Assembly: GCA_024401555.1 (NCBI GenBank)
Contig: JAKSKV010000014.1
Span: 14,442 to 78,441 of the forward strand
Source: Paludibacteraceae bacterium
Lineage (GTDB): Bacteria; Bacteroidota; Bacteroidia; Bacteroidales; Paludibacteraceae
Direction: 5' to 3'
DNA length: 64,000 nucleotides
Shown: in pieces, positions 51,299 to 59,963 of the stretch
How positions within the stretch are numbered: position 1 is the first letter of the stretch
How the letters are laid out: each line of letters opens with the position of its first letter
Translations under genes and position numbers: made by a program
Notes under the pieces: model-generated
What the model was told of the DNA's origin: nothing
Database searches by the model: none
The model's input: only the letters and a program-made list of their open reading frames with translations

Positions 51299-53506
51299 AT
51301 GGAAGCAGAAATGAAAAGTACTGGGATCTTCGATACCAACGGTAACGAAATTCTTTCATACGATTACATCGAGCAACTCCGTGAAGAGGACGCAGAGCAG
51401 AAGAAAAAAAACTTCATCTGCGCCCAGCGCGGGGGCCAAGAACGTGTCCTTGCCAATAATGCAGACATTTGTATTACTGGAGGCAGCCGAGGAGGCCCGC
51501 TTGATGTTAATACTCTGGTAAACACAGTCGATGGCTATAAAAAGATTGACTCTTTGACAAGCGGAGACAAGGTGTATAAACCTGACGGAGAAATACAGGA
51601 GGTAGTTTTCAAAGAGTATCACGGAGATCTGCCATGCTACGAGCTAATATTTTCAAATGGCAGTTCTGTGGTTGCTTCTTATGACCATACTTGGTCTATT
51701 AGCATAAACGAAAGCGAAGAATTCGAGGACTATTCAACAGAAGACGTAATAGTCCTACTTGAAACAGACACTGTTAACTCGATTGATGTCCCGATGTCAT
51801 TCGAGACTGGAGATCGAGTCAAGATTACAGGAGCCAAATTCATAGGAAAAAGAGAATGTTGCTGCATCCATGTTGACGGAGAAGATATGCTCTTTGTTGT
51901 TAACGGTGGAATTGTCACTCACAATTCGAAATCTTTCTCAATACTACTCGAATGCGTAAAAGATGCACAAAATCCAAACTTCAACGCACTGATACTTAGG
52001 CGAGAGCTTCCAGATTTGGATTCGTTAATAAGAGACTCCAAGATTGTGCTGAAGGACTATGGACAGTATCTCAGTAGCGATAAGAGTATGTTGTGGCAGC
52101 TTGATGCGGGAGGTACAATTAAATTCAATTTCCATGCCGGCGCAACAGACGATTTTATCAAAAGATTCCAGGGAAAACAGTACTCACTTGTTGCAATCGA
52201 CGAGCTAACACACCTTGATGACATCAAGAAATTCTTCTATATTTTGACGTGTTTGCGTAACGCTCATGGTTTGAGGAACAGATTCATCGGGTCGTGCAAC
52301 CCTGATAGGAATTCATGGCTTCGAGGATTCATAGACTACTGGATCGGTAACCAAGACACCATATATTCAGACGGGAAAAAGCATCCAGAATGGGCAGGAT
52401 ATCCGATACCAGAAAGGAACGGAAAAGTTAGATACTGTTGTACTTCTGGTGCAGAGACTCTCGCCGATATTATATGGGGAGACACACGAGAAGAGGTATG
52501 GAAGAAGGCAAAACCAAGGGTTCAAGAGATAGGCGCATACTCTCCTGAAATGGAAGTATATGGTAAGCCAGAAGATCTCTTTGTTATGTCTGTTGCTTTC
52601 GTGGAGGCGAAACTTACCGATAACAAGAAGCTACTCGAAGGTGACCCAAGCTACATAGCTCGACTCGCCAACCAAAGTCGATCAAGCATCCTTGCCGACC
52701 TTCGAGGAAACTGGGATGCACAAGAGCTCGCCGAAGAAATGGTCACAGAAGAAGACATGAATCGATTCTTCAACAATCCAAGACAGGTGGGCGACGGAAT
52801 ACGAAGAATGAGTGATGACGTTGCTCTCGAAGGAGGCGACAACAACTGGCTTTGGCTAATCGAGGGCAACCACGTTATAGACGTTGATGTCTGCACGTTG
52901 AACTCTCAAGAACTTGTAGAACATATCGAGCAAAAACGAAGAGAATGGGGAGTGAACGAAGAGAACCTCACGTTCGACTCGAATGGCATTGGAGGTCTAT
53001 TAAAAGGATTCTTCAAGAGAGCAATCCCATTCAACAATCTTGAGTCTCCATACGGAGCTACAGATGCAGAAAAAGAGGCTGCAAAGCGAGATTATGACAC
53101 ACTAAAAAGCCAATGTATGGTTGATCTCGCAAAATGCTTTAAGTATGGTGAGATAAGCATAGCTCCGTACCTTCTTGATAGGCGATTCAGCGGAAAGGGT
53201 TTCGAGAACATGACGCTAAGAGACATATTGATGCAAGAACGTCGTGTAATAGCCATAGACCAGAAGAAGAAAGACCAGGGCAAGGGTCAGTGCATCATCC
53301 AGAAATCTGAAATGAAGAAACTTATCGGACGAAGCCCTGACTGCATGGAATCGCTGGCCTATTGGAGGATATTCAGCATCAAGAAGCCCGTTAAGAAAGT
53401 ATGGCGTCCTACCGGTGCAGCTACCTTCACATCAGGTTCTCACCCGTCATCAACTACAACCAGAGTTATTCCCGCCAACAGGCGTTTCGGAGTACGATAC
53501 ATATAA
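51299..53506 (+). CDS. terL: terminase large subunit (precursor containing an intein)
   Basis: P-loop GGSRGG / SKS split by the insert. Walker B-like LVAIDELTH. Nuclease-domain-sized C-terminal half. Located upstream of the portal gene. Confidence 0.8.
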   Translation: MEAEMKSTGIFDTNGNEILSYDYIEQLREEDAEQKKKNFICAQRGGQERVLANNADICITGGSRGGPLDVNTLVNTVDGYKKIDSLTSGDKVYKPDGEIQEVVFKEYHGDLPCYELIFSNGSSVVASYDHTWSISINESEEFEDYSTEDVIVLLETDTVNSIDVPMSFETGDRVKITGAKFIGKRECCCIHVDGEDMLFVVNGGIVTHNSKSFSILLECVKDAQNPNFNALILRRELPDLDSLIRDSKIVLKDYGQYLSSDKSMLWQLDAGGTIKFNFHAGATDDFIKRFQGKQYSLVAIDELTHLDDIKKFFYILTCLRNAHGLRNRFIGSCNPDRNSWLRGFIDYWIGNQDTIYSDGKKHPEWAGYPIPERNGKVRYCCTSGAETLADIIWGDTREEVWKKAKPRVQEIGAYSPEMEVYGKPEDLFVMSVAFVEAKLTDNKKLLEGDPSYIARLANQSRSSILADLRGNWDAQELAEEMVTEEDMNRFFNNPRQVGDGIRRMSDDVALEGGDNNWLWLIEGNHVIDVDVCTLNSQELVEHIEQKRREWGVNEENLTFDSNGIGGLLKGFFKRAIPFNNLESPYGATDAEKEAAKRDYDTLKSQCMVDLAKCFKYGEISIAPYLLDRRFSGKGFENMTLRDILMQERRVIAIDQKKKDQGKGQCIIQKSEMKKLIGRSPDCMESLAYWRIFSIKKPVKKVWRPTGAATFTSGSHPSSTTTRVIPANRRFGVRYI
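51497..51925 (+). mobile_element. 143-aa mini-intein (class 3-like) within terL
   Basis: Hint blocks: A is LDVNTLVNTVDGYKKIDSLTSGDKVY, B is VVASYDHTW, F is ECCCIHVDGEDMLFVVNG, G is GIVTHN followed by Ser+1. The boundary at residue 66/67 is uncertain by one residue. Confidence 0.7.
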
Positions 53507-53527
53507 TATATAATAAGTAGAAAAAAT

Positions 53528-55234
53528 ATGGAAATCAACAACTACGTTTCACTCTTCACCAAGAAGCAGTGGACAAAGATTCAACCCGTCGACGACATCA
53601 GCGTATTGAGTCAGGTTCCTTTTCCTGCCGGGCATGAGCCTCAGTACATTCCTGGAAAGGCGAAGTTTGTCGCTTATACACAGAGCGAGATGCTTTCTGA
53701 GTATTATCCGTCAGGACACAAGATAAACAGCACGCTATACTATCCAAACGTACACAGGGTGGTTGAAGAGCCGGAATACGATGCTCAAGGCAACCCCGTT
53801 ATTGACGAGAACGGCAACCAGGTAGTCGGCATGAAGCACTACGAGGAGATGCTTCCGCGTCACGCATTCGCCTTCCAGCAGATCATTGCAGCCGCACATG
53901 TATACCATGCTACTACGAACGACCTTCAGCATGAGCTCGCCATCGACGAGCCGACAGAGAAGGATGAGAAAACTTTCGAGCGTATCTGTGACGGTTGGAT
54001 AAAGGATGGAATGGAAGAGAAGTGGCACGAATTCTACACGGCTCGAGAGCATGTGGCAGAGGCAGCAATCGTTGGCCATATATCGAACATCCCGACATCT
54101 TACGACGACGACGGATTGCCTAAGACATTCAAGCAGTACAAGTCATTCCGCGTGTTGTCTTTCGAGAACGGCGACCAGCTCTTCCCTCAGTACGACGCAC
54201 AAGGCAGTCTCATCCTCTTCGGCCGTCTCACCCAGCAATACGACGAGAACGGCAGCATCTCAGACACCCTCGAAGTCTGGGACGAACAATATCTCACCAC
54301 ATATCGCAAAGGCGAAGGTGTCGAGCCTCGTACTGCCGGTCCTCTTCGCGGCATCTACGGCCTTGCAGAAGAGTGGCAGGTAGTATCACGCACCACACAC
54401 GGATTCCCATTCATCCCTGTCGCATATAACCGCAATGATAAGGGGCCAGGCTGGTGGGCTTCTCAAGACCTTTGCGACAACTACGAGCTTACGTTCTCTC
54501 AGATGGCACATAGCAACCAGGCGTTCGGAAACTCCATCCTTGTGCTAAAGTCTTCAGGAGAAGCAGTTCCTAACATCTCACGCGGTCTCGACGGCTCAAT
54601 CAAGACAATCTACATGGGCGAGAAGGATGAAGCCAAGTTCCTCGAAGGACAGTCTGCATCAGATTCGTACATCAGGCAGCTAGAAAAGACGGAGGAAATG
54701 ATTTATCGCTGCTCTAACATCGTAAAGTCTCCTAACGATCTGAAGTCTGGCGATACACCTGCAACAGCAATCAAGCTCCTCTTCACTCCTAACCTCATTC
54801 ACTGTACCGCCGACCTTGCAGCATGCCGTGATGCCATCAACCAGCTCTGGAAGATGTATGCCTTTGCCTTCGGTGTATGCGAGAAGGGCGAGAGCTTTAC
54901 CGAGTGCATGTCCCTGCCGGTCATCAACTACGCAGTGCCATACGTGCCACAGAGTGAATCAGCAGTAACAGCAGACCTCGTAGCCCTCGTTGGTGCAAAA
55001 ATTATTTCTAAGCAGACAGCTGCAGACAGGGCATCATTCTACTCTAAGCCTAATGAGCAGAAGAAGATACTTGCCGAGGAAAAGGCAGCAGACGACCAAG
55101 AGCTGGTTCATGAGATCAAGACCATCGAAGCACAGCGAAGGCTTAATCCCGAAAGCAATGGAGGTGGAGGTCTGTACAACGTCAACTCAGAAGGCAAGCG
55201 AGACGGTGACGGAGATGGTATCTACGACGAATAA
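53528..55234 (+). CDS. portal protein
   Basis: 568 aa, immediately downstream of terL. Overall pattern resembles SPP1-type portals. Acidic, Gly-rich C-terminal tail. Confidence 0.75.
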   Translation: MEINNYVSLFTKKQWTKIQPVDDISVLSQVPFPAGHEPQYIPGKAKFVAYTQSEMLSEYYPSGHKINSTLYYPNVHRVVEEPEYDAQGNPVIDENGNQVVGMKHYEEMLPRHAFAFQQIIAAAHVYHATTNDLQHELAIDEPTEKDEKTFERICDGWIKDGMEEKWHEFYTAREHVAEAAIVGHISNIPTSYDDDGLPKTFKQYKSFRVLSFENGDQLFPQYDAQGSLILFGRLTQQYDENGSISDTLEVWDEQYLTTYRKGEGVEPRTAGPLRGIYGLAEEWQVVSRTTHGFPFIPVAYNRNDKGPGWWASQDLCDNYELTFSQMAHSNQAFGNSILVLKSSGEAVPNISRGLDGSIKTIYMGEKDEAKFLEGQSASDSYIRQLEKTEEMIYRCSNIVKSPNDLKSGDTPATAIKLLFTPNLIHCTADLAACRDAINQLWKMYAFAFGVCEKGESFTECMSLPVINYAVPYVPQSESAVTADLVALVGAKIISKQTAADRASFYSKPNEQKKILAEEKAADDQELVHEIKTIEAQRRLNPESNGGGGLYNVNSEGKRDGDGDGIYDE

Positions 55235-55243
55235 CATTGAACG

Positions 55244-55933
55244 ATGGAGAAACCTACACAACAGCAGATAGCTGACGCAGAAGCTTATCTTCGATACCGA
55301 ATCGACACGACAGACGAAGTGGAATCTGCATGTTATGACCTTTTTCGTGAGGCCGCGAAAAAGGTAGCAGAGATAGTCATAAAATACCACAATGCAGGTC
55401 GAAGACTCCGATTCCGAGGAAGCTCTGCCATGGCTCGTGAAATAGACGAGGTGATAAGCTGGCTCGAGTCAGAGATAGAGTTTCTGGTAGATTCCGATAT
55501 CACGCCAGACGATGATGGCGACAACAAGCACGAAGTGATGGACATAGCGAAGGGAATGGATCACGGAGCAACGTACGAAGAAAGATCCAGGCTATATCAT
55601 CTCATGTTCGGAAAGCAGCTCGACGATGCAGACTGGACAGCTTTCTTCGCAGACTACGATTCTGACATCGATGATGATGAGCTTATCGGTTTCATAACTG
55701 ATTCTTCAGAGAAAGCTGCTCACAGATGGATTCTTCTCGCATTGAACACAATAGCCGTCGGATGGTCAATAAAACAGCTTATAGAAGCAAAGAGAGATGG
55801 GAAGAGAGGTTTCTTCGTCATAAACGGTTCAAGTCCATGTGAGTTCTGCGTGGGAATGCAGGGGTTCCACAGTATCGAGGACACTCCTCCCCCATACCAC
55901 CCACACTGCCAATGCATTGCAATCTATGTATGA
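55244..55933 (+). CDS. minor head protein, Mu F / SPP1 gp7-like
   Basis: C-terminal CEFCVGMQGF...PPPYHPHCQCIAIYV (HPxCxC signature). Position after the portal gene. Confidence 0.65.
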   Translation: MEKPTQQQIADAEAYLRYRIDTTDEVESACYDLFREAAKKVAEIVIKYHNAGRRLRFRGSSAMAREIDEVISWLESEIEFLVDSDITPDDDGDNKHEVMDIAKGMDHGATYEERSRLYHLMFGKQLDDADWTAFFADYDSDIDDDELIGFITDSSEKAAHRWILLALNTIAVGWSIKQLIEAKRDGKRGFFVINGSSPCEFCVGMQGFHSIEDTPPPYHPHCQCIAIYV

Positions 55934-55938
55934 AACGC

Positions 55939-55967
55939 CAGCCACCCGTTATCGCAACGAGTGGCTG
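55939..55967. terminator. hairpin between convergent genes
   Basis: cagccac (15-nt loop) gtggctg; weak T-run. Confidence 0.35.
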
Positions 55968-56018
55968 ACTTTCTAACTAACCTAACTAATGAAAAATTAT
56001 AGAAGAAAATGGAATTTA

Positions 56019-56585
56019 CTATCTCTCTCGTTCTTGTTCAATAGCGAACTCTAGTATACCAAGAGCATCAGCATTCTTAAGTGTTACCTTAAACTGGGGA
56101 TAAAGATCCTCCATCCTTCGCTTGATCTTGTTCTTCCACTCTGTCTTCGAGGCGCAGTCCGAACTCTTGCCGATGCCAAGGCTCTTCATCCACTTCTGAG
56201 GCAGCACATGAACAGTGCGTATGCCCTCAGCAATGAGTGCCATCTCAAGATGCCCGTTATGGCGTGCAAACTTGCAAAGAGCACCTACACCCTCTCCTAC
56301 TCGTCCGTGGCCGACATCCTCTAAATAGCACACAAAAGCCTCGCGAGGAAGAATGTCTCCGTTTTCGTCAACATCGTCAGTAATTTCTCTGAATAGTTCG
56401 AGAATACCTTTCGGAGTATCCGGCATGTTTTGAACATGCTTTTGACCACGGTAATCTTTCCAGGCAATTGCTCCTGACGATATTCCGGGGTCTATTGAGC
56501 ATATTACTTTATTCTTTACATCCATTTTAATATTGTCAATTTGTCTTGGTATAACATTTGCAACAGCATTCGCAATTCGCGCCAT
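56019..56585 (-). CDS. ruvC: RuvC-like Holliday junction resolvase
   Basis: VICSIDPGISSGAIA (catalytic Asp), CYLEDVG (Glu), NADALGILEF (Asp). Alternative start at ATG 56525. Confidence 0.7.
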   Translation of the reverse strand: MARIANAVANVIPRQIDNIKMDVKNKVICSIDPGISSGAIAWKDYRGQKHVQNMPDTPKGILELFREITDDVDENGDILPREAFVCYLEDVGHGRVGEGVGALCKFARHNGHLEMALIAEGIRTVHVLPQKWMKSLGIGKSSDCASKTEWKNKIKRRMEDLYPQFKVTLKNADALGILEFAIEQERER

Positions 56586-56616
56586 TGCGGAGAAATTTCA
56601 CATAATTTGTTAAGAT

Positions 56617-56754
56617 ATGGCAAACAACGAAAGGACATCTAAACCTGTAGGGTCAATCGCCGCAAAAATATTGCGGACAGGAAAGGCTACGAAGGCCGAG
56701 ATGCGGACTCTTGCCGGTTCTGTTCTGACTCAGCGCCCAGACAAGAAGAAATGA
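56617..56754 (+). CDS. 45-aa basic peptide (MANNERTSKPVGSIAAKILRTGKATKAEMRTLAGSVLTQRPDKKK)
   Basis: ATG-to-TGA ORF in an otherwise minus-strand block. Overlaps the 3-prime end of ORF 56687..57124 by 68 nt. The xxLAGSxLxQ ending resembles a small-protein family recalled from other mobile elements; this is unverified. Confidence 0.25.
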   Translation: MANNERTSKPVGSIAAKILRTGKATKAEMRTLAGSVLTQRPDKKK

Positions 56755-57124
56755 CGTCCATTTTATCAAGCACCTGCTCGGTAAGGAAGCCAATTGTATA
56801 CGCATAGACTTCCTCGCTGGAGGCTGAAGGCTCAACGCCTACCATTTCCATTACGGCACAGACAGCGTGGAACAGCTCATGTACGAGAAACCCGATGTCA
56901 TGTGCCGTTTTTGGAGTATTACGCATCCATACGAAGAACACGCCATCTTCAATAGACAGGGTTGTCTTGCCTAGCGTGATAGGAGTGATTCCCATACCTT
57001 CAACAATCCTGTCTATTACGGACTTGTCGTGATACGTATACAGGTCGGACTTGAGCGTATCTACGTCTCCGAATACTACAAGGACATCCTTATAGAAAAT
57101 GTCAAGGTCGAAAAGATGGATCAT
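56687..57124 (-). CDS. small HExxH metalloprotease-like protein (ImmA/IrrE-like), paralogue 3
   Basis: ATG 57124 overlaps the upstream stop (ATGA). FLVHELFHAV then EEVYAYTIG about 20 aa downstream. Confidence 0.55.
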   Translation of the reverse strand: MIHLFDLDIFYKDVLVVFGDVDTLKSDLYTYHDKSVIDRIVEGMGITPITLGKTTLSIEDGVFFVWMRNTPKTAHDIGFLVHELFHAVCAVMEMVGVEPSASSEEVYAYTIGFLTEQVLDKMDVISSCLGAESEQNRQESASRPS

Positions 57125-57429
57125 ATCACAAACCTGTCGTAAATCCAATCATACTCTTCACGGGTATGGTAGATGGCCTTCTTGTGGTTTGCGGCTACGT
57201 TGTACTCGTCTACGCACAACATACATGTCTTCCACTGCAAGTCAAGCAGAATGGCATCGCACCTAACTACCGACGACAACCTCTGACCGAACTTTGCGTC
57301 CGGAGCACACCATACAGGAGTCATGCCCATCTCGCTTATTCTTTCAGCGAGCTCGGCTATCCTGTACTCCCTCTTTTCAATCTGCTCATCCGTCTCGTGA
57401 GGACAGCAGATATAGACCTTCTTTCCCAT
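57121..57429 (-). CDS. nucleoside 2-deoxyribosyltransferase-like small protein (DUF4406-like)
   Basis: ATG 57429. KKVYICCPHETDEQ...RCDAILLDLQW...CMLCVDEYNVAANHKKAIY resembles the Rossmann-like NDT/DUF4406 layout. Confidence 0.35.
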   Translation of the reverse strand: MGKKVYICCPHETDEQIEKREYRIAELAERISEMGMTPVWCAPDAKFGQRLSSVVRCDAILLDLQWKTCMLCVDEYNVAANHKKAIYHTREEYDWIYDRFVI

Positions 57430-57442
57430 ACCAGTTGTTATG

Positions 57443-57871
57443 TTATTCGCTCGTTCCAGAGTCCGTCTCAACCGGATTGCCCTGAACATCAAGAGCCTCA
57501 GAAACGGCTTTGTTTATCTTGTTTACAAGGTTTTCCCTGTCATCGAAAGACATTGCCATTGCGCATGGATAAACTACGCGTCCGAGATATCCTGCAATAG
57601 CATTACGGGACTCTTCGTCCCACGTAACGAGCCACGATGCAACGAAATACCATGTTATGTTAATCGAGTAAAGTCCGCTCTTCTTGAGCATAGGATAGAC
57701 AACTGTAAAGCCATCTTCGTCCACAGCCTCGATGGCGAAGTCTTCCCTTATCCTGATCTTAAAGTTGACTACCTCCCTTTCAATTCCAGAGAGTTTCTCT
57801 TTAAGATCGCTGAGCACGTCGTTTGTCTGCTCGACCAGCTCGTCTTGTGTGAGTTCTTTCTTCTCGTCCAT
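57443..57871 (-). CDS. hypothetical protein
   Basis: 142-aa ORF. Confidence 0.45.
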   Translation of the reverse strand: MDEKKELTQDELVEQTNDVLSDLKEKLSGIEREVVNFKIRIREDFAIEAVDEDGFTVVYPMLKKSGLYSINITWYFVASWLVTWDEESRNAIAGYLGRVVYPCAMAMSFDDRENLVNKINKAVSEALDVQGNPVETDSGTSE

Positions 57872-57883
57872 ACTGATTAAATT

Positions 57884-59800
57884 TTATTGTTTAACAACAC
57901 CTTCCTTCGGTCCGCTCATGACGAGCTTCGCCGCATTCTCGCTATACTCCCAATCGTCAGGCACGAACCAGCAGTCCTTGTCGTCGAGTCTGACGTAGTT
58001 ATTCTGATTTCCGTGCTTCCTGATAGGTACACCCTTCATCCTCATCTGGACATTGAAAGTCCTTCGCATCGCATTAAGTGCGCTTAGCGACTTCCTCTTG
58101 AGGTCCGATCCGTTCTCGAGAAGCCTGTAGAAACCAGTCCTCGCAAGCGCAAGCTGGACCTCCTTTACGTTAAATAGGATACGCCCGTTTGACTGGCGCT
58201 TTCCGCACTTGGTGAGAATGCCAGCCTGTTTGAATGACCAGATCGAATCCTTAGGCAATCCGAGATACATCTCAAGGTCAGACACTCCCTCAACTTCAAG
58301 AAGGCCTGCGTCCTCAATCTGCTTTCTCATCTGCTCAGCAAGCTGCTTCTTCTGCAAGGCAATGGCCAAGTCCATGTTCAGCTGCATCAGATCCTCCTCC
58401 TTCGGTATGCGATACAGTGTAACGCCTATTCCTGCTCCCCTTCTGGACCGCTTGAATCCCATGGCAGACAGACTGTCGGAAAAGTCACGTTTTGTCTTGA
58501 CCTCCTCTCCGTTGTTCATGCACCAGTCCTTGTATCTTGCATAGAGAACACCTACGAGGACCCACTCCTCCTTAAGATCATCGTTGTTGTTCCACTGGGC
58601 GATGATCCGTTCGTTCTCCGTCCACCTTATCATGGCGTTGCTCTCGCGAATATACTCGCTCACTTCAGAACGGACCTTTTCCGGAATGGTCATCTGGAAC
58701 TTCTCTTCACGGAGCCTTCCCAAACCGGCCATCACCCAGTTGAAGATGCCGGAGAGCTCCTTCTTAAGCTCTGTAGCAAGCTCCTTGTCCTGCTCGTCCT
58801 CAGGAATGAATACCTCGAACGGTATGATGAGAATCCTTCGCTGCAATGCGTATGAAGCATCATCGAGCCTCGGCATCGAATTCGCGTTCGCCATAATAAG
58901 AGGAATATTCGAAGCTCTGAACGGCTCGCAGTACAAAGACCTCGCCATCTGAGACTCTCCGCTTACGATAGCCTTGAAGGCATCTGCATTCTTCGGCCCT
59001 ATCTCCGATGTCCTGATCTCGGAGCAGTAGTTCAGTCTCTTTCCGTTGCATACAGCTACGTTCTGCTCCCTTCTCTGGCTCGATATGAGGTCACTGACAG
59101 AGAAATTGCTGACATTACCGTCACCGAGAAGAGCTGACACAACCTCAAAGACCACGGACTTACCGTTAGCTCCTGTACCAAGGAGGATAAGCATGTGCTC
59201 TATCTTGGCGAACCGTCTGTCCACATATGCGGCTGCAAGAAACTCCTGGAGAAGCATCTGAAGCTCGACGTCAGGAAGAACCCTCTCAAGGAATCTTATC
59301 CATCCTACAGGCCTTTCGTCAGGGTTGTAGTCATAAGGAACCCTCATGTTCGTCTTATAGTTAGGACTGAATTCATGAAGACTCATGTCCATCGTATCGA
59401 AGACGCCGTTGCCCATAACGACAACAGTAGAGTCAAGATCCTCCTTCATGCTCTGAGTCTCAGCCCAGCACAGCTTAACCAGCTTGTCAATGCCTCCGTA
59501 GCACCCGTCAGGGATATCTGCTTTCCTCATGGCGTCATAGATGGCAACCTTGAAGTCATTGTAGTCAAACGAAACATATATTCCAAGTTTCTTAAACCAC
59601 ACATGAGGTACACCGTTGAAGGATACTATGCTCGAACGCCTTACAGCATCCTTCATCACGTTCTCAAGAGCATCTCCCCTTGCACTCCTCGGCTTATCGA
59701 GCGCCTGAAGGACTCGAATATCGCTGATATGGTCACGGATGACCTTTGTCAGCGCATTGCGTGGGCTTTCCTCTTCCCACTCGTTGATTGTCGATGCCAT
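57884..59800 (-). CDS. D5 / P4-type primase-helicase (SF3 NTPase) with C-terminal HTH
   Basis: ATG 59800. Walker A LLGTGANGKSV, Walker B-like NYCSEI region, IIPFEV. C-terminal excisionase-like HTH: LEMYLGLPKDSIWSFKQAGIL. Confidence 0.7.
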   Translation of the reverse strand: MASTINEWEEESPRNALTKVIRDHISDIRVLQALDKPRSARGDALENVMKDAVRRSSIVSFNGVPHVWFKKLGIYVSFDYNDFKVAIYDAMRKADIPDGCYGGIDKLVKLCWAETQSMKEDLDSTVVVMGNGVFDTMDMSLHEFSPNYKTNMRVPYDYNPDERPVGWIRFLERVLPDVELQMLLQEFLAAAYVDRRFAKIEHMLILLGTGANGKSVVFEVVSALLGDGNVSNFSVSDLISSQRREQNVAVCNGKRLNYCSEIRTSEIGPKNADAFKAIVSGESQMARSLYCEPFRASNIPLIMANANSMPRLDDASYALQRRILIIPFEVFIPEDEQDKELATELKKELSGIFNWVMAGLGRLREEKFQMTIPEKVRSEVSEYIRESNAMIRWTENERIIAQWNNNDDLKEEWVLVGVLYARYKDWCMNNGEEVKTKRDFSDSLSAMGFKRSRRGAGIGVTLYRIPKEEDLMQLNMDLAIALQKKQLAEQMRKQIEDAGLLEVEGVSDLEMYLGLPKDSIWSFKQAGILTKCGKRQSNGRILFNVKEVQLALARTGFYRLLENGSDLKRKSLSALNAMRRTFNVQMRMKGVPIRKHGNQNNYVRLDDKDCWFVPDDWEYSENAAKLVMSGPKEGVVKQ

Positions 59801-59837
59801 AGGGTGATTGATATTGATTTTATCTTTAATTTCGGCG

Positions 59838-59845
59838 CAAATATA
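59838..59845 (-). promoter_or_regulatory. -7 box TAtaTTTG for the primase-helicase operon
   Basis: Reverse complement of caaatata; 38 nt upstream of ATG 59800. Confidence 0.45.
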
Positions 59846-59922
59846 ATGATTTTTTCGCAGAAAACCCAATATTTATACTTATTTTATACGTTTATATATG
59901 TATTTTCTTGCATATCTGACAA

Positions 59923-59938
59923 TATTTTTGTATTTTTG
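59923..59938 (+). promoter_or_regulatory. two tandem -7 boxes TAttTTTG TAttTTTG (then CACC)
   Basis: Read directly; 26 nt upstream of ATG 59964. Confidence 0.45.
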
Positions 59939-59963
59939 CACCATATTTATTCAATTTCAATCA

